This document shows positions 63,693 to 64,000 of a stretch of 64,000 nucleotides of DNA, one piece after another; positions within the stretch are counted from its first letter, which is position 1; every line of letters starts with the position of its first letter. The notes beneath the pieces were generated by a model. It did no database searches and had not been told where the DNA came from. It worked only from the letters and a program-made list of their open reading frames with translations. Source of the stretch: Octopus bimaculoides (lineage: Eukaryota); NCBI RefSeq assembly GCF_001194135.2, contig NC_068994.1, positions 32,760,997 through 32,824,996 of the forward strand, given 5' to 3'. The position numbers were made by a program, and so were the translations under genes.

Positions 63693-64000
63693 CAATCTTT
63701 TCCACTATAAGCACAAGGCCTGATATTTTAGGGTAAAGGGCTGATTGGTTACATTGACCCCAGTGCTCAACTGATATTTATTTTATCAAACTCAAAAAAA
63801 AAACATGAAAGGGAAAGTTGACTTTGACAGAATTTGAACTCGGAATGTAAAGACAAACAAAGTACCACTAAGCATATAACACTTCTACCAGCTCACCAAC
63901 TCAATAAGAATAATGATTCGTTCTATTAAGGCATAAAGGGCTGAAATTTTGGGGGAAGGCAACTAGTTGGTAACATAGCACCCAATGCTCATTCTGTTGA
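63005..64000 (-). mobile_element. Array of co-oriented SINE A copies separated by (AAT/AAC)n
   Basis: Copies at about 63005, 63428, 63695 and 63915, all minus. Confidence 0.85.

Noticed and set aside
1-64000. Most ORFs in the track (poly-YI, HT, CV, poly-I/N/L/M, X-containing)
   Set aside because: Translations of microsatellites or N gaps, with no domain-like content.

Overview
AT-rich, non-coding eukaryotic DNA from a draft assembly with about 21 N-gaps. It is dense in microsatellites ((TA)n, (CA)n, (GA)n, (ATT)n, (GAT)n, (GATA/GACA)n) and interspersed repeats. The repeat families look like those of coleoid cephalopods, most likely Octopus (inference from repeat style, not a database match). 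I cannot support any host protein-coding gene: almost every ORF in the track is a microsatellite or N-gap read-through. The only real coding remnants are decayed transposon fragments: a CR1-group LINE 3' part (19.0-19.9 kb), R4/Dong-clade retrotransposon pieces (11.7-12.55 kb and 27.9-28.2 kb), RTE-clade 3' ends (18.3 kb, 20.1-20.5 kb, 57.8 kb) and a DD37D Tc1/mariner (32.5-33.2 kb). At least four tRNA-headed SINE families (my labels A, B, D, E), hAT-like and piggyBac-like MITEs and several unclassified repeats fill most of the rest. The most interesting signal is a set of minimal type I hammerhead-ribozyme motifs in three unrelated repeat families. One copy (2846-2948, minus) has a fully canonical core and a downstream AATAAA. 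Other notable structures are a nested inverted repeat (2131-3701), a near-perfect 54-bp-arm palindrome (11017-11129), head-to-tail SINE arrays joined by (ATT)n, and a Dong-like 3' end sitting in (TAA)n. Repeat boundaries were placed by eye and are approximate.
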